A DNA stretch of 25,982 nt from Octopus sinensis (taxonomy: Eukaryota): positions 1-25,982 of the forward strand of contig NW_021835664.1 in assembly GCF_006345805.1 (NCBI RefSeq). The letters run 5' to 3'. The notes beneath the pieces are model-generated. The model was given only the letters and a program-made list of their open reading frames with translations. It was not told where the DNA came from and made no database searches. The position numbers and the translations under genes were made by a program. Shown in pieces: positions 11,266 to 22,249 of this stretch. The stretch's first letter is position 1. Each line of letters starts with the position of its first letter.

Positions 11266-11267
<2 letters not shown>
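10500..11267 (+). mobile_element. 5'-truncated RTE-clade LINE: ORF2 C-terminus (10500-10775), 3' UTR and (GAT)n tail
   Basis: LRWYSHVLRMDEERCAKK...RGRSRPRKTWNEVIKHDL...DRDLWR is the typical RTE ORF2 C-terminus. The element ends TTAAACGATGATGAT. Confidence 0.9.
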
Positions 11268-11302
<35 letters not shown>

Positions 11303-11329
11303 ATATATATATGTATATGTGTATATATG

Positions 11330-11370
<41 letters not shown>

Positions 11371-11652
11371 CATTTCTGTGTGTATGTATGTGGTATGTAT
11401 GTATGTATTATGTATGTATGTTCGGATGTGTGTGTGTATGTACGTATGTACGTAAGTATGTGTGTATGTATATATGTTTATGTATGTATTATGTATGCGT
11501 ATATGTACGTATGTACGTCTGTATATACGTATGCATGTACGTATGTACGTATGTATGTATGTATGTGTATGTATGTACGTATGTACGTATGTATATACGT
11601 ATGCATGTACGTATGTACGTATGTATGTATGTATGTATGTGTGTGTGTGTGT
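11267..11652. repeat. Compound (TA)n/(TATG)n/(TACG)n/(TG)n microsatellite
   Basis: Direct reading; source of the Y/I/M/V/C pseudo-ORFs. Confidence 0.97.
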
Positions 11653-11835
11653 GCGTTCGTGTATTGTGGCTTTGTGTGTGTGTCCGTCGTTTACGTTTAT
11701 CTCCATGTGACTTAGCGGTTCGCTGTAAAAGGCCAATAAAATCTACCAGACAAAAATGAGAAATAACTGGTGTCAATTTCTTGGATTAAAATTCTTCAAT
11801 GCGGTGCCCCAGCGTGGCCGCAGTCTAATAACTGA
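11640..11835 (+). mobile_element. CORE-type SINE 3' part, diverged
   Basis: GTGACTTAGCGGTTCG and GCGGTGCCCCAGCGTGGCCGCAGTC followed by an A-rich end. Confidence 0.7.
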
Positions 11836-12092
11836 GAAAAGTGAAAAAACTACAAAATTCCTTGGTAACACTTTAAACTAAGGGACGTAACTCTTGTACC
11901 TCCCACTGTGGCTTACCTGCTAGAAATAGCAGCCAAAATGGTTTTAAACCAGATCCCAATGCTGGATCTTCAAGAACCAAATGAAGAGCAGAGTTTCAAT
12001 CCTGGGATCATCCTGATTCCAAAAGGGTAGAATATGTCTATGTAGACTGAGGGACAGGGGTCACAGGCACAAGGGAATTTCGCTTTTATTAA

Positions 12093-13128
12093 GGCGCGAG
12101 CTGGCAGAAACGTTTGCACGCCGGGCGAAATGCTTAGCAGTATTTCGTCTGCCTTTACGTTCTGGGTTCAAATTCCGCCGAGGTCGACTTTGCCTTTCAT
12201 CCTTTCGGGGTCCATTAAATAAGTACCAGTTACGCACTGGGGTCGATACAGACGACTTAATCCGTTTGTCTGTCCTTGTTTGTCCTCTCTGTGTTTAGCC
12301 CCTTGTGGGTAGTAAAGAAATAGGTATTTCGTCTGCCGTTAGGTTCTGAGTTCAAATTCCGCCGAGGTCGACTTTGCCTTTCATCCTTTCGGGGTCCATT
12401 AAATAAGTACCAGTTACGCACTGGGGTCGATACAGACGACTTAATCCGTTTGTCTGTCCTTGTTTGTCCTCTCTGTGTTTAGCCCTTTGTGGGTAGTAAA
12501 GAAATAGGTATTTCGTCTGCCGTTACGTTCTGAGTTCAAATTCCGCCGAGGTCGACTTTGCCTTTCATCCTTTCGGGGTCCATTAAATAAGTACCAGTTA
12601 CGCACTGGGGTCGATATAGTCGACTTAATCCGTTTGTCTGTCCTTGTTTGTCCCGTCTGTGTTTATCCCCTTATGGGTAGTAAAGAAATAGGTATTTCGT
12701 CTGCCGTTACGTTCTGAGTTCAAATTCCGCCGAGGTCAACTTTGCCTTTCATCCTTTCGGGGTCCATTAAATAAGTACCAGTTACGCACTGGGGTCGATA
12801 TAGTCGACTTAATCCGTTTGTCTGTCCTTGTTTGTCCCGTCTGTGTTTAGCCCCTGTGGGTAGTAAAGAAATAGGTATTTCGTCTGCCGTTACGTTCTGA
12901 GTTCAAATTCCGCCGAGGTCGACTTTGCTTTTCATTCTTTCGGGGTCCATTAAATAAGTACCAGTTACGCACTGGGGTCGATATAGACGACTTAATCCGT
13001 TTGTCTGTCCTTGTTTGTCCTCTCTGTGTTTAGCCCCTTGTGGGTAGTAAAGAAATAGGTATTTCGTCTGCCGTTACGTTCTGAGTTCAAATTCCGCCGA
13101 GGTCGATTTTGCCTTTCATCCCTTCGGA
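12093..13128 (+). mobile_element. tRNA-derived SINE followed by a head-less tandem array (5 full ~184-bp units plus a partial sixth)
   Basis: Single head at 12093-12139. Units start GTATTTCG at 12140, 12324, 12508, 12692, 12875 and 13059. Each unit has the B-box GTTCAAATTCC. Confidence 0.93.
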
Positions 13129-13193
13129 TGTTATAATATAACACACTCACCGGTAAAATTCCCACTTTTTTCTTATTTTTATTGTACTTGCAA

Positions 13194-13356
<163 letters not shown>

Positions 13357-14126
13357 CGTGGTATTTTGTCTATTTTAGGTGTTGGTTATTTTTTTACATG
13401 TTTCATTCATAATTTTTGAGTGGTGTTCGTTTTGCCACGTGAATAACCGGGTGGTGGACTAGCGTTGCTTGGAATGTGAATGGAATAGTGTAGTAGTGAG
13501 GTAGGCATAGAGAATGGGATGGGGTTACTGCAAGTTGTTTGTTAGAGATGCTAAGGTGAGTTAAAGCTCATAAATGTATATAATGTTTTTTGTGGGTGTG
13601 TAAGTATTGTTGTATATGTCGAGTTTAGTGAGTATGTATAGGCGTATATGTGAGGGAGTATATGTATCTTTTGTGTGTGAGTGTTTTGCGTGTGAGTGTG
13701 TGTTTTGTCTGTGAATGTGTATATGGGTTTGTTATTTAGGTTTTGGGATGTATGTGTTAATTTGTCTGTGTGGGGAGGGAGTGGGTTTTGGTGTATATTG
13801 AGGTTTATAAGTTAGTATAGGTATGTGTATAAGTCGTGAGTCTGTGGTTTACGTGTGTGTATTTGTGTGTGAATGTTTAGGTTAGGGGGTTTACTTTATA
13901 GGTTTGTTATAGAGTTTAGCAAAGGGAGATTTTATCGTTATATGTTTTTAAGAGTTTTGTTTTATCATGTTTTTTTTAGGGAATTCGTGGTAATTTGTCT
14001 ATATTTTCGATATGGATTATATATAGGTTATATATGGATTATATACTTATATTTTTTCCTTTATACTTTAATTATTTAAAATTATTATTTTTATATTTTA
14101 AAATTTTGATTTTTTAGATTGGAAGT

Positions 14127-14169
14127 CCACCTGAAGATTGTCGATCAAGACAAGAAACGATTGTAGTGG
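14127..14169 (+). ncRNA. Minimal type I hammerhead ribozyme
   Basis: CCAC-CTGAAGA-TTGTC[gatcaa]GACAA-GAAA-C[gatt]GTA-GTGG: stem I CCAC/GTGG, core CUGANGA, 5-bp stem II, GAAA, minimal stem III, and a GUA cleavage triplet (cut predicted after 14165). Confidence 0.85.
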
Positions 14170-14473
14170 CGGTTTTTTTTACTATTTATTAAATTTTATG
14201 TATTGATTAAGTCTTCCTTGTTTGTTTTGCAAAATAGTGGTTTTGTCTCTAATAATATTTTATATATAGATATATTATATATAGGTTGCAAGTACAAATA
14301 AAATAAGAAAAAAGTGGGATTTTACCGGTTAGTGTGTTATATTATAACCCGAAGGGATGAAAGGCAAAATCGACCTCGGCGGGATTTGAACTCAGAACGT
14401 AACGGCAGACGAAATACCTATTTCTTTACTACCCACATATAATATATATTATATATGTATATACATACATATA

Positions 14474-14564
<91 letters not shown>

Positions 14565-14574
14565 CTACATATGT

Positions 14575-14700
14575 ATATAGGTTGCAAGACGCAACGAAAA
14601 TTTTAGGACAATAAAAATAAGAAAAAAGTGGGAATTTTACCGGTGAGTGTTTTACATAATAAGGCACAAAAAGAAAATGATTCTCTCCAGACACAACAGA
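14575..14700. mobile_element. Additional copy of the PLE-like terminal segment
   Basis: TATAGGTTGCAAG...GTGGGAATTTTACCGGTGAGTGT...TCTCCAGACACAAC; again joined to (TA)n at the GCAACC end. Confidence 0.7.
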
Positions 14701-15232
14701 TTTATTGAACTTCAGTATTACAACAACCAAAAAATAGAAACACATTTTCTTATGCGAATATAGTGCTGCGTTGACAATTTCAATTTAAAGTTTTTATTCA
14801 TTCTGCAAATCTTGTCCGTTGATCCCATGCTAAAAACGTCCTTATAGACATTGGTTTGAGTTTTACCTGTAGGGGTGAAAATGAAAAATTGTCTTTGCTC
14901 CCCACTCTGGAACCCCAGGATATGTCTGTGTGAAAAACAACCCTTCTCTAATTGCAAAGAAGTAACTTTGAATGTCTGATCTTGGTACTCATCGCAAGAG
15001 ACTGACGTATTGGAAATTGAAGTCGTTTGAGCTCGAAGGGAATATTTGAAGGTATTAAACTTAAGTGAGGCATAAATATATCTTCACCTTTTCCAAAGAC
15101 AAAAAATATTCTGGCTTCTATGATATTTCTCGTTAATTTTTTGGATTTTCTTTTGTTATTGTCTGCTATTCATACAGGCGCACAAGAAGTGTATGAACAT
15201 ACACACTACTTGTCTTTATACTTCTCTGTCTG

Positions 15233-15266
<34 letters not shown>

Positions 15267-15300
15267 ATCTATCTATCTGTATATATACATATATGTGTGC

Positions 15301-15340
<40 letters not shown>

Positions 15341-15875
15341 AACTATAGATACAGGTACATAAAAATACCTTAGGAATGTGAACTCAGGTTTCAAATTTCC
15401 CCAAGACAACTGATGAAGCCTGGCGGGTATAAAAATATACATCTAGAATTTCTTCCTTGCGTCATATAAAACCGACGTGAGAGTTTCGAATTGAAATGGG
15501 TTCGTTTTTCGCTTGCGAAGGGGACACGAGCATTGGCGCATCAACAGACACACATACGCATGCAAGCTTCCTGCTGATACCTTTAACAATTAAACATCAA
15601 CTAGCTTATAATTTACATTTAATTACACGCCACAACTATATAAAGTAATAATAATATCTAGTACAACCCTTTGTTACTATTTTGTTTCAGATATGCGTGT
15701 CTGAGTATATACACCTATGTATGTATGTATGTATGTATGTATGTATGTATGTATGTATGTATGTATGAAGATATATAGACATTTATAAAGGTATATATAA
15801 AGATAGATAGATAAATAGATAGATAGATATATAGATACATATATATATATCTATATATGTCTATCTATATATATA

Positions 15876-17692
15876 TACTAAGCAATAAAGGGTTTAGCAA
15901 CGAATTGCCTTACCACATACCGAATTAGAAATAGCAGTCAACGAGTTATAGCTATTTCTTCTACTAAAAAGGGGGGGAGATCTCAGTAAAAACAGCATTG
16001 GAAGGCAGACACAAACAGGTAAGAGAGAATGAATTGACGGCAATCTATCATTCATTTTTAGTTATCTACGGACGTACGTTCGAAATCAAGTTTTTAGGAA
16101 AGCATAAGAATTAAATATTAAATATTAAATAATTCTATCTTACCGAAACTTCTTTTCTCTTCAGCGTAGAATACTATAATCATAAATGATTATATATTGA
16201 ATTTTGAGATACTAGAAGGCACCAACTCAACTCAGTATCAGAGCGAGCTAGAATCCGCAACTAGTATCACCGAATTCAATGTGTGAATGAAACGATTGTG
16301 TCACCAGCCCCTTCCCACCCACCCGCGTGTAGCCAAAACAAGATGCTGTGGTCATCTACTGAGATAAAATATGGTTATCCGTAATAATGAAGGGTGAAAT
16401 TATTAATTTGGAATAATTATCAATTACCCAAGTAGTCTTCGGCATGTAAAAGCCTCATTCGAGGAAAATTTAAGTAATACTAAGCAATAAATTGCCTTAC
16501 CACATACCGAGTTTAGAAATAGCAGTCAAAGAGTTATAGCTATTTCTTCTACTAAAAAGGCTGGTGACACAATCGTTTCATTCACACATTGAATTCGGTG
16601 ATACTAGTTGCGGATTCTAGCTCGCTCTGATACTGAGTTGAGTTGGTGCCTTCTAGTATCTCAAAATTCAATATATAATCATTTATGATTATAGTATTCT
16701 ACGCTGAAGAGAAAAGAAGTTTCGGTAAGATAGAATTATTTAATATTTAATATTTAATTCTTATGCTTTCCTAAAAACTTGATTTCGAAACGTACGTCCG
16801 TAGATAACTTAAAAATGTATGATAGATTGCCGTCAATTCATTCTCTCTTACCTGTTTGTGTCTGCCTTCCAATTGCTGTTTTTACTGAGATCTCCCTTTT
16901 TAGTAGAAGAAATAGCTATAACTCTTTGACTGCTATTTCTAAATTCGGTATGTGGTAAGGCAATTCGTTGCTAAACCTTTATTGCTTAGTATTACTTAAA
17001 TTTTCCTCGATTGAGGCTTTTACATGCCGAAGACTACTTGGTGTAATTGATAATTATTCCAAATTAATTAATTTCACCCTTCATTATTACGGATAACCAT
17101 ATTTTATCTCAGTAGATGACCACAGCATCTTGTTTTGGCTACACGCGGGTGGGAAGGGCTGGGTGACACAATCGTTTCATTCACACATTGAATTCGATGA
17201 TACTAGTTGCGGATTCTAGCTCGCTCTGATACTGAGTTGAGTTGGTGCCTTCTAGTATCTCAAAATTCAATATATAATCATTTATGATTTAGTATTCTAC
17301 GCTGAAGAGAAAAAGTTTCGGTAAGATAGAATTATTTAATATTTAATATTTAATTCTTATGCTTTCCTAAAAACTTGATTTCGAAACGTACGTCCGTAGA
17401 TAACTTAAAAATGAATGATAGATTGCCGTCAATTCATTCTCTCTTACCTGTTTGTGTCTGCCTTCCAATTGCTGTTTTTACTGAGATCTCCCTTTTTAGT
17501 AGAAGAAAAGCTATAACTCTTTGACTGCTATTTCTAAATTCGGTATGTGGTAAGGCAATTCGTTGCTAAACCCTTTATTGCTTAGTATTACTTAAATTTT
17601 CCTCGAATGAGGCTTTTACATGCCGAAGACTACTTGGTGTAATTGATAATTATTCCAAATTAATTAATTTCACCCTTCATTATTACGGATAA
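15876..17692. mobile_element. Fold-back array of a ~602-bp non-coding unit (forward 15876-16560, inverted 16561-17692), Penelope-like
   Basis: The unit start TACTAAGCAAT recurs at 15876 and 16478. After 16560 the sequence is the reverse complement for about 1.9 units. Both ends abut TA-rich microsatellite. Confidence 0.85.
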
Positions 17693-17720
17693 TCTATATA
17701 TATATATATATATATATATA

Positions 17721-18114
17721 TTTTACTTGTTTCAGTCATTGACTGCGGCCATGCTGGAGCACCAGCTTTAGTCGAGCAAATCGACCCCGGGACTTATTCT
17801 TTGTAAGCCCAGTACTACTTATTCTATCGGTCTCTTTTGCCGAACCGCTAAGTGACGGGGACGTACACACACCAGCATCGGTTGCCAAGCAATGCTAGGA
17901 GGACAAACACAGAGACACAAACACACACACACATATATATATATATATGTACATGTATACGATAGGCTTCTTTCAGTTTCCGTCTACCAAATCCACTCAA
18001 AAGGCTTTGGTCGGCCCGGGGCTATAGCAGAAGACACATGCCCAAGATGCCACGCAGTGGGACTGAACCCAGAACCATGTGGTTGGTTAGCAAGCCACAC
18101 TGCCACTCCAGCGA
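17721..18114 (-). mobile_element. Full-length tRNA-derived CORE-type SINE
   Basis: Head with GGTTCAGTCCC B-box, CORE-like GGCATCTTGGGCATGTGTCTT, internal (TA)(TG) tract, and 3' end GCATGGCCGCAGTCAATGACTGAAACAAGTAAAA. Confidence 0.9.
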
Positions 18115-18209
18115 CTATGTTTATATATTTATTGCCTAAACTGCCAAAATGACCATTCCGAATTATAACCATGTATATATATATATATATATGTATACAT
18201 ATATGGTTG

Positions 18210-18240
<31 letters not shown>

Positions 18241-18242
18241 CT

Positions 18243-18277
<35 letters not shown>

Positions 18278-18297
18278 TATATTATTATATATGGTTG

Positions 18298-18344
<47 letters not shown>

Positions 18345-18364
18345 GTATCTATATATATTGTATA

Positions 18365-18801
18365 CTCTTTTACATGTTTCAGTCATTTGACTGTGGCCAT
18401 GCTGGAGCACCGACTTTTGTCCAGTAGATCGACCCGAGGACCTATTATTTGTAAACCTAGTACTTATTCTATCGGTCTCCTATACCGAACCGCTAAGTTA
18501 AGGGGACGCAAACACACCAGCATCGGTTGTGAAACTATGTTGGGAGGACAAACACAGACACAGTAACATACACACACACACATACATACATACATACATA
18601 CATATATATTATATATATATATATATATATATTCATATATACGACGGGCTTCCTTCTGTTTCCGTGTACAAAATCCACTGACAAAGCTTTGGTCGGTCCG
18701 TAGGCTATGGTAGAAGACATTTGCCCATGGTGCCATGTAGTGGGATTGAACACGGAACCATGTGGTTGGTAAGCGAGCTACTTCCCATACAGACACTCCT
18801 G
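18365..18801 (-). mobile_element. Full-length tRNA-derived CORE-type SINE, second copy
   Basis: Collinear with 17721-18114 along its whole length. Confidence 0.88.
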
Positions 18802-19085
18802 TTTATTAACCTGAGAACAAGTTGAAGGTGAGCTCTGACTGGTTGTATGCAAATTAGTTCATTAATGGGATCCGGAACACTCGAGGGAGAAAAAAAATTT
18901 CGTGGCTGGGTCAAATGAGACGATGCGACCACCTTGGGTATGGGTGGACTGTGCTCACACACGCACAAACACCCACACATATAGATACATGCAAAGACGC
19001 ACACTCGTAGCTATTTATGCTTTTAAAATGTTGACCTTAAAACCGTGACATTCTGAAGAAATTGTATGAGTGTGTGGGTCAGCCA

Positions 19086-19138
<53 letters not shown>

Positions 19139-19334
19139 CATTTCTGTTTCGCTGAATTTGTGAAAGCGGGACGGAGAAGTTGTTGACATCGATAACAATT
19201 TTCGTATATTGCTTCTTCTTTTTTTAATTGTTTCAGTCATTAAATTGCGGCCATGCTGGGTTACCGCCTTGCAGGATTTTTAGTCGAACCAATTGACCTC
19301 ATTAAAGTACATTTTTCAGCCTGGTAAGTATCCG

Positions 19335-19390
<56 letters not shown>

Positions 19391-19393
<3 letters not shown>

Positions 19394-19621
19394 TAACAAT
19401 AAAGGGTGAAATTAATTAATTTGGAATAATTATTAATTACAACAAGTAGATTTCGGCATGTAAAAGCCTCATTCGAGGAAAATTTAAGTAATACTAAGCA
19501 ATTAAGGGTTTAGCAACTGAGATCCCCCTTTTAGTAGAAAGAATAGCTATAACTCTTTGACTGCTATTTCTAAATTCGGTGTGGTGGTGAGGCAATTTGT
19601 TGCTAAACCCTTAATTGCTTA

Positions 19622-19624
<3 letters not shown>
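19391..19624. mobile_element. Short fold-back copy of the 602-bp unit family
   Basis: Forward 19391-19517, inverted 19518-19624. Perfect 26-bp inverted repeat TACTAAGCAATTAAGGGTTTAGCAAC (19492-19517 and 19599-19624). (TA)n on both sides. Confidence 0.88.
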
Positions 19625-19679
<55 letters not shown>

Positions 19680-19820
19680 TATATACAGTCCTTAAATCGT
19701 AGTCTTCGTTTCTGCTGGGGGCTCTTTCCATAAAGAAGTTTAGCATATATCATCTGTTTAGGATCCTCTGATCATTAATCTAAAGAAAATGTCCAGTCCA
19801 TCTTATTCTCTGTGCTTTTA

Positions 19821-20115
19821 TCATCATCATCGTCGTTTAACGTCCGTTCTCCATGCTAGCATGGGTTGGACAGTTCGACCGGGGATCTGGGAAGCCAGAA
19901 GGCTGCACCAGGCTCCAGTCTTATCTGGCAGTGTTTCTACAGCTGGATGCCCTTCCTAACGCCAACCACTCCGTGAGTGTAGTGGGTGCTTTTTACGTGC
20001 CACCTGCACAGGTGCCAGGCGAGGCTGGCAACGGCCACGGTCGGATTGGTGTATTTTATGTGCCACCGGCACGGAAGCCAGACGAGGCGGTGCTGGCATC
20101 GGCTACGAGTCGGAT
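19821..20115 (-). mobile_element. RTE-LINE 3' UTR or RTE-related short element
   Basis: Near-identical to 10109-10410, with a (GAT)n tail. Confidence 0.87.
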
Positions 20116-20559
20116 GACAAATTCAACCTCTCTTCTCTAGGCAACAAATTTTCCTTTTGATGCTTTTAAAATATGAAAATTACTTTGACAGTCATTGACC
20201 AGAACAAGATGAAGATCTCAGTCAGTAAAGGAATTTGTCTGGGGTCATCAAAGTTTGAAGTTACTCTTTTTAGTTTTATAAAGTCACTAAAAGTCTTACG
20301 TTTCTCCTTTATAGAAAACTAACACTTTTATAAATGAGTTTATTGTTACGCATTAAATGTTAAACTAAATTTGCTCCAGCTGGTCTATAAAACAGTAACC
20401 TATAGCTTTGAACAGCCTTATTATTTTGTTGTGTATTTACATGGCATATAATGTGTGAATAGAATTTCTCCCCCAGTTATCCAAGCAAAAAATCAGAAAC
20501 TTATGTTATCAATTTATTTAGAATAATTTTGTACAAAGTTTGATACAAAATAATTTTGT

Positions 20560-20625
20560 TGTGTCTGGGGAGAGTCATTCTCTTTTAGTGCCTTATTATT
20601 TAACACACTCACCGGTAAAATTTCG
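20560..20625. mobile_element. Fragment of the PLE-like terminal segment
   Basis: GTGTCTGGGGAGAGTCATT...TAACACACTCACCGGTAAAATTT is the reverse complement of part of 14630-14695. Confidence 0.65.
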
Positions 20626-21509
20626 TTTTGCTTTAATAGTAATTATCAATTTCTGAATAAAGTTCCTTTTTATCTAATTTAAATATCTTGATTATTTAAT
20701 TTGAAAACAATCAGGTTTGTTCACTTCTATCACAAAAGAATCCAATAAAAAGTGGAAAATACTTATGAATCTTCCTTTCCAATTCCACAAAAGTCTGCTC
20801 GGTAGAGCTTCCTGTCACATCTTATAATGTACATAAAGGTCTCATGTGTTTTACTTATTTAATCTTGGTCTCTGCTGTAAGAACTTGAAATCTAATTTCA
20901 AATTAAAATAACAGTGGAGTAATATGAAGGTAAATATTGTAAGGAAGAATTGTACTCTTCCTTTATCTGAAGTTATTTAAAAAGAGGGAGACACATACAA
21001 TTAAAACAACAAATGTTGTGTCATTATTTTATTATCTCAGACTTTTTCAGCACAGCTATTGTTTAATTATAATTTTTTTGATTTATTTTCATATGTATAA
21101 TAGTGAAGTTTTATTTTACTGACGAAAATTTCAGTAATTAGTAAATAACGAAGGTCATAAAGTAAGAATATAAAATTAGAATATTGTATATTGCACTCAA
21201 AACCCCCTGAATTTTTATTCAACCACCACCACTTTGGAGAGGCCTGTCTTAAACCACAACAGGACAAAGTGAGATATATCCTTAGATACATCATGTATTA
21301 TATAGAAATACTATCTCTATAGGATATATAAAGGGAAAAGGCATCAATATATATATATACCAGGCATTCTACTCTCAGATAAACATGAAGGTAGATAGCT
21401 ATCAATATAGCAGAAGATATTAAAGCTGTCTATTAACAATGGGGTTGCTTAGGGGGGGGTTAGATATACAACAACAGCAACAACATAAATGAACATTTCA
21501 AAGTTTGTC

Positions 21510-21515
21510 TTTATT
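21510..21515 (-). promoter_or_regulatory. Candidate polyadenylation signal of the death-domain gene
   Basis: AATAAA on the minus strand about 250 bp after the stop codon, followed by a GT-rich stretch. The background is AT-rich, so chance occurrence is possible. Confidence 0.4.
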
Positions 21516-21767
21516 TTAATGTGAATTTTTAACAAAGGAGCCAAACCAGTGAAGGGATCACTATGTGGCTGATATACCTGCTAGAATTAGCAGCTAAATT
21601 CACACGATATCACTGTACAGAAGGGCATATTGGACAATGTGGTTGTGGGTTCTCTTTGGAAATAGGCATGATGGTCCTGACTGGAATGCGTTTGATCATA
21701 AGTCTCTGTTTGGTCAAGGTTAATCTGAGGCTAAACAACAACAGTTACACAGAAATTCACTTTGCGT

Positions 21768-21955
21768 CTAATGACAGACATTCCATCGCAGCGAAACATT
21801 CAGCTTCTTCAAGAGCTGCACGTAATGTTGCGTGTGTCCGTGTTTCTGGGTCGCATTTTTGAACCATTCGTAAAGAATCTGGTAGCCTTGTTTTACAGTG
21901 ACATTAGACTCATCATCAATTTTCAGTTTAGTTGTATCAACTTCTAAAACAATAA
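21768..21955 (-). CDS. Terminal coding exon, death-domain-like C-terminal half
   Basis: Acceptor tgtcttttgcAG, phase 1. Reads IVLEVDTTKLKIDDESNVTVKQGYQILYEWFKNATQKHGHTQHYVQLLKKLNVSLRWNVCH*. QGYQILYEW resembles the death-domain helix-5 pattern (EQAYQMLxxW). Confidence 0.65.
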
Positions 21956-22249
21956 CTGCAAAAGACACAACAATAAGAAATGAATGCAACAACATTGACA
22001 ATAACATAAAACGCTGTGTACTGTAGGTTGTTATGAATATAACAAACAAACTTTATCAATAGAGAAATAAAAAAAGAAATAGCTAAGAAACATGAAAAAT
22101 ATAAGACATTGTTTTCTATTGACAAAAATAACAAAGAGTTTGAATTAAACGAGATTTTTAAAGAAAATTAATTGAAAATTATACTTGAGAAAATATATGG
22201 TAAACGAGGGCAGGAAAACTTTTGTGAAGGCAAAAGTATATCAGAACCT

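Noticed and set aside
10930-11776. Long 150-270 aa H/T/Y/I or Y/V/C/M-rich ORFs
   Set aside because: Dinucleotide and tetranucleotide microsatellites lack stop codons in these frames.
12093-12180. tRNA gene
   Set aside because: A- and B-box-like motifs belong to SINE heads; no cloverleaf or proper acceptor stem. The same applies at 7150, 7304, 18060 and 18750.
16695-16740. CTGAAGA with a nearby hairpin in the 602-bp unit
   Set aside because: GGTA follows the hairpin in place of GAAA, so the catalytic core is incomplete.
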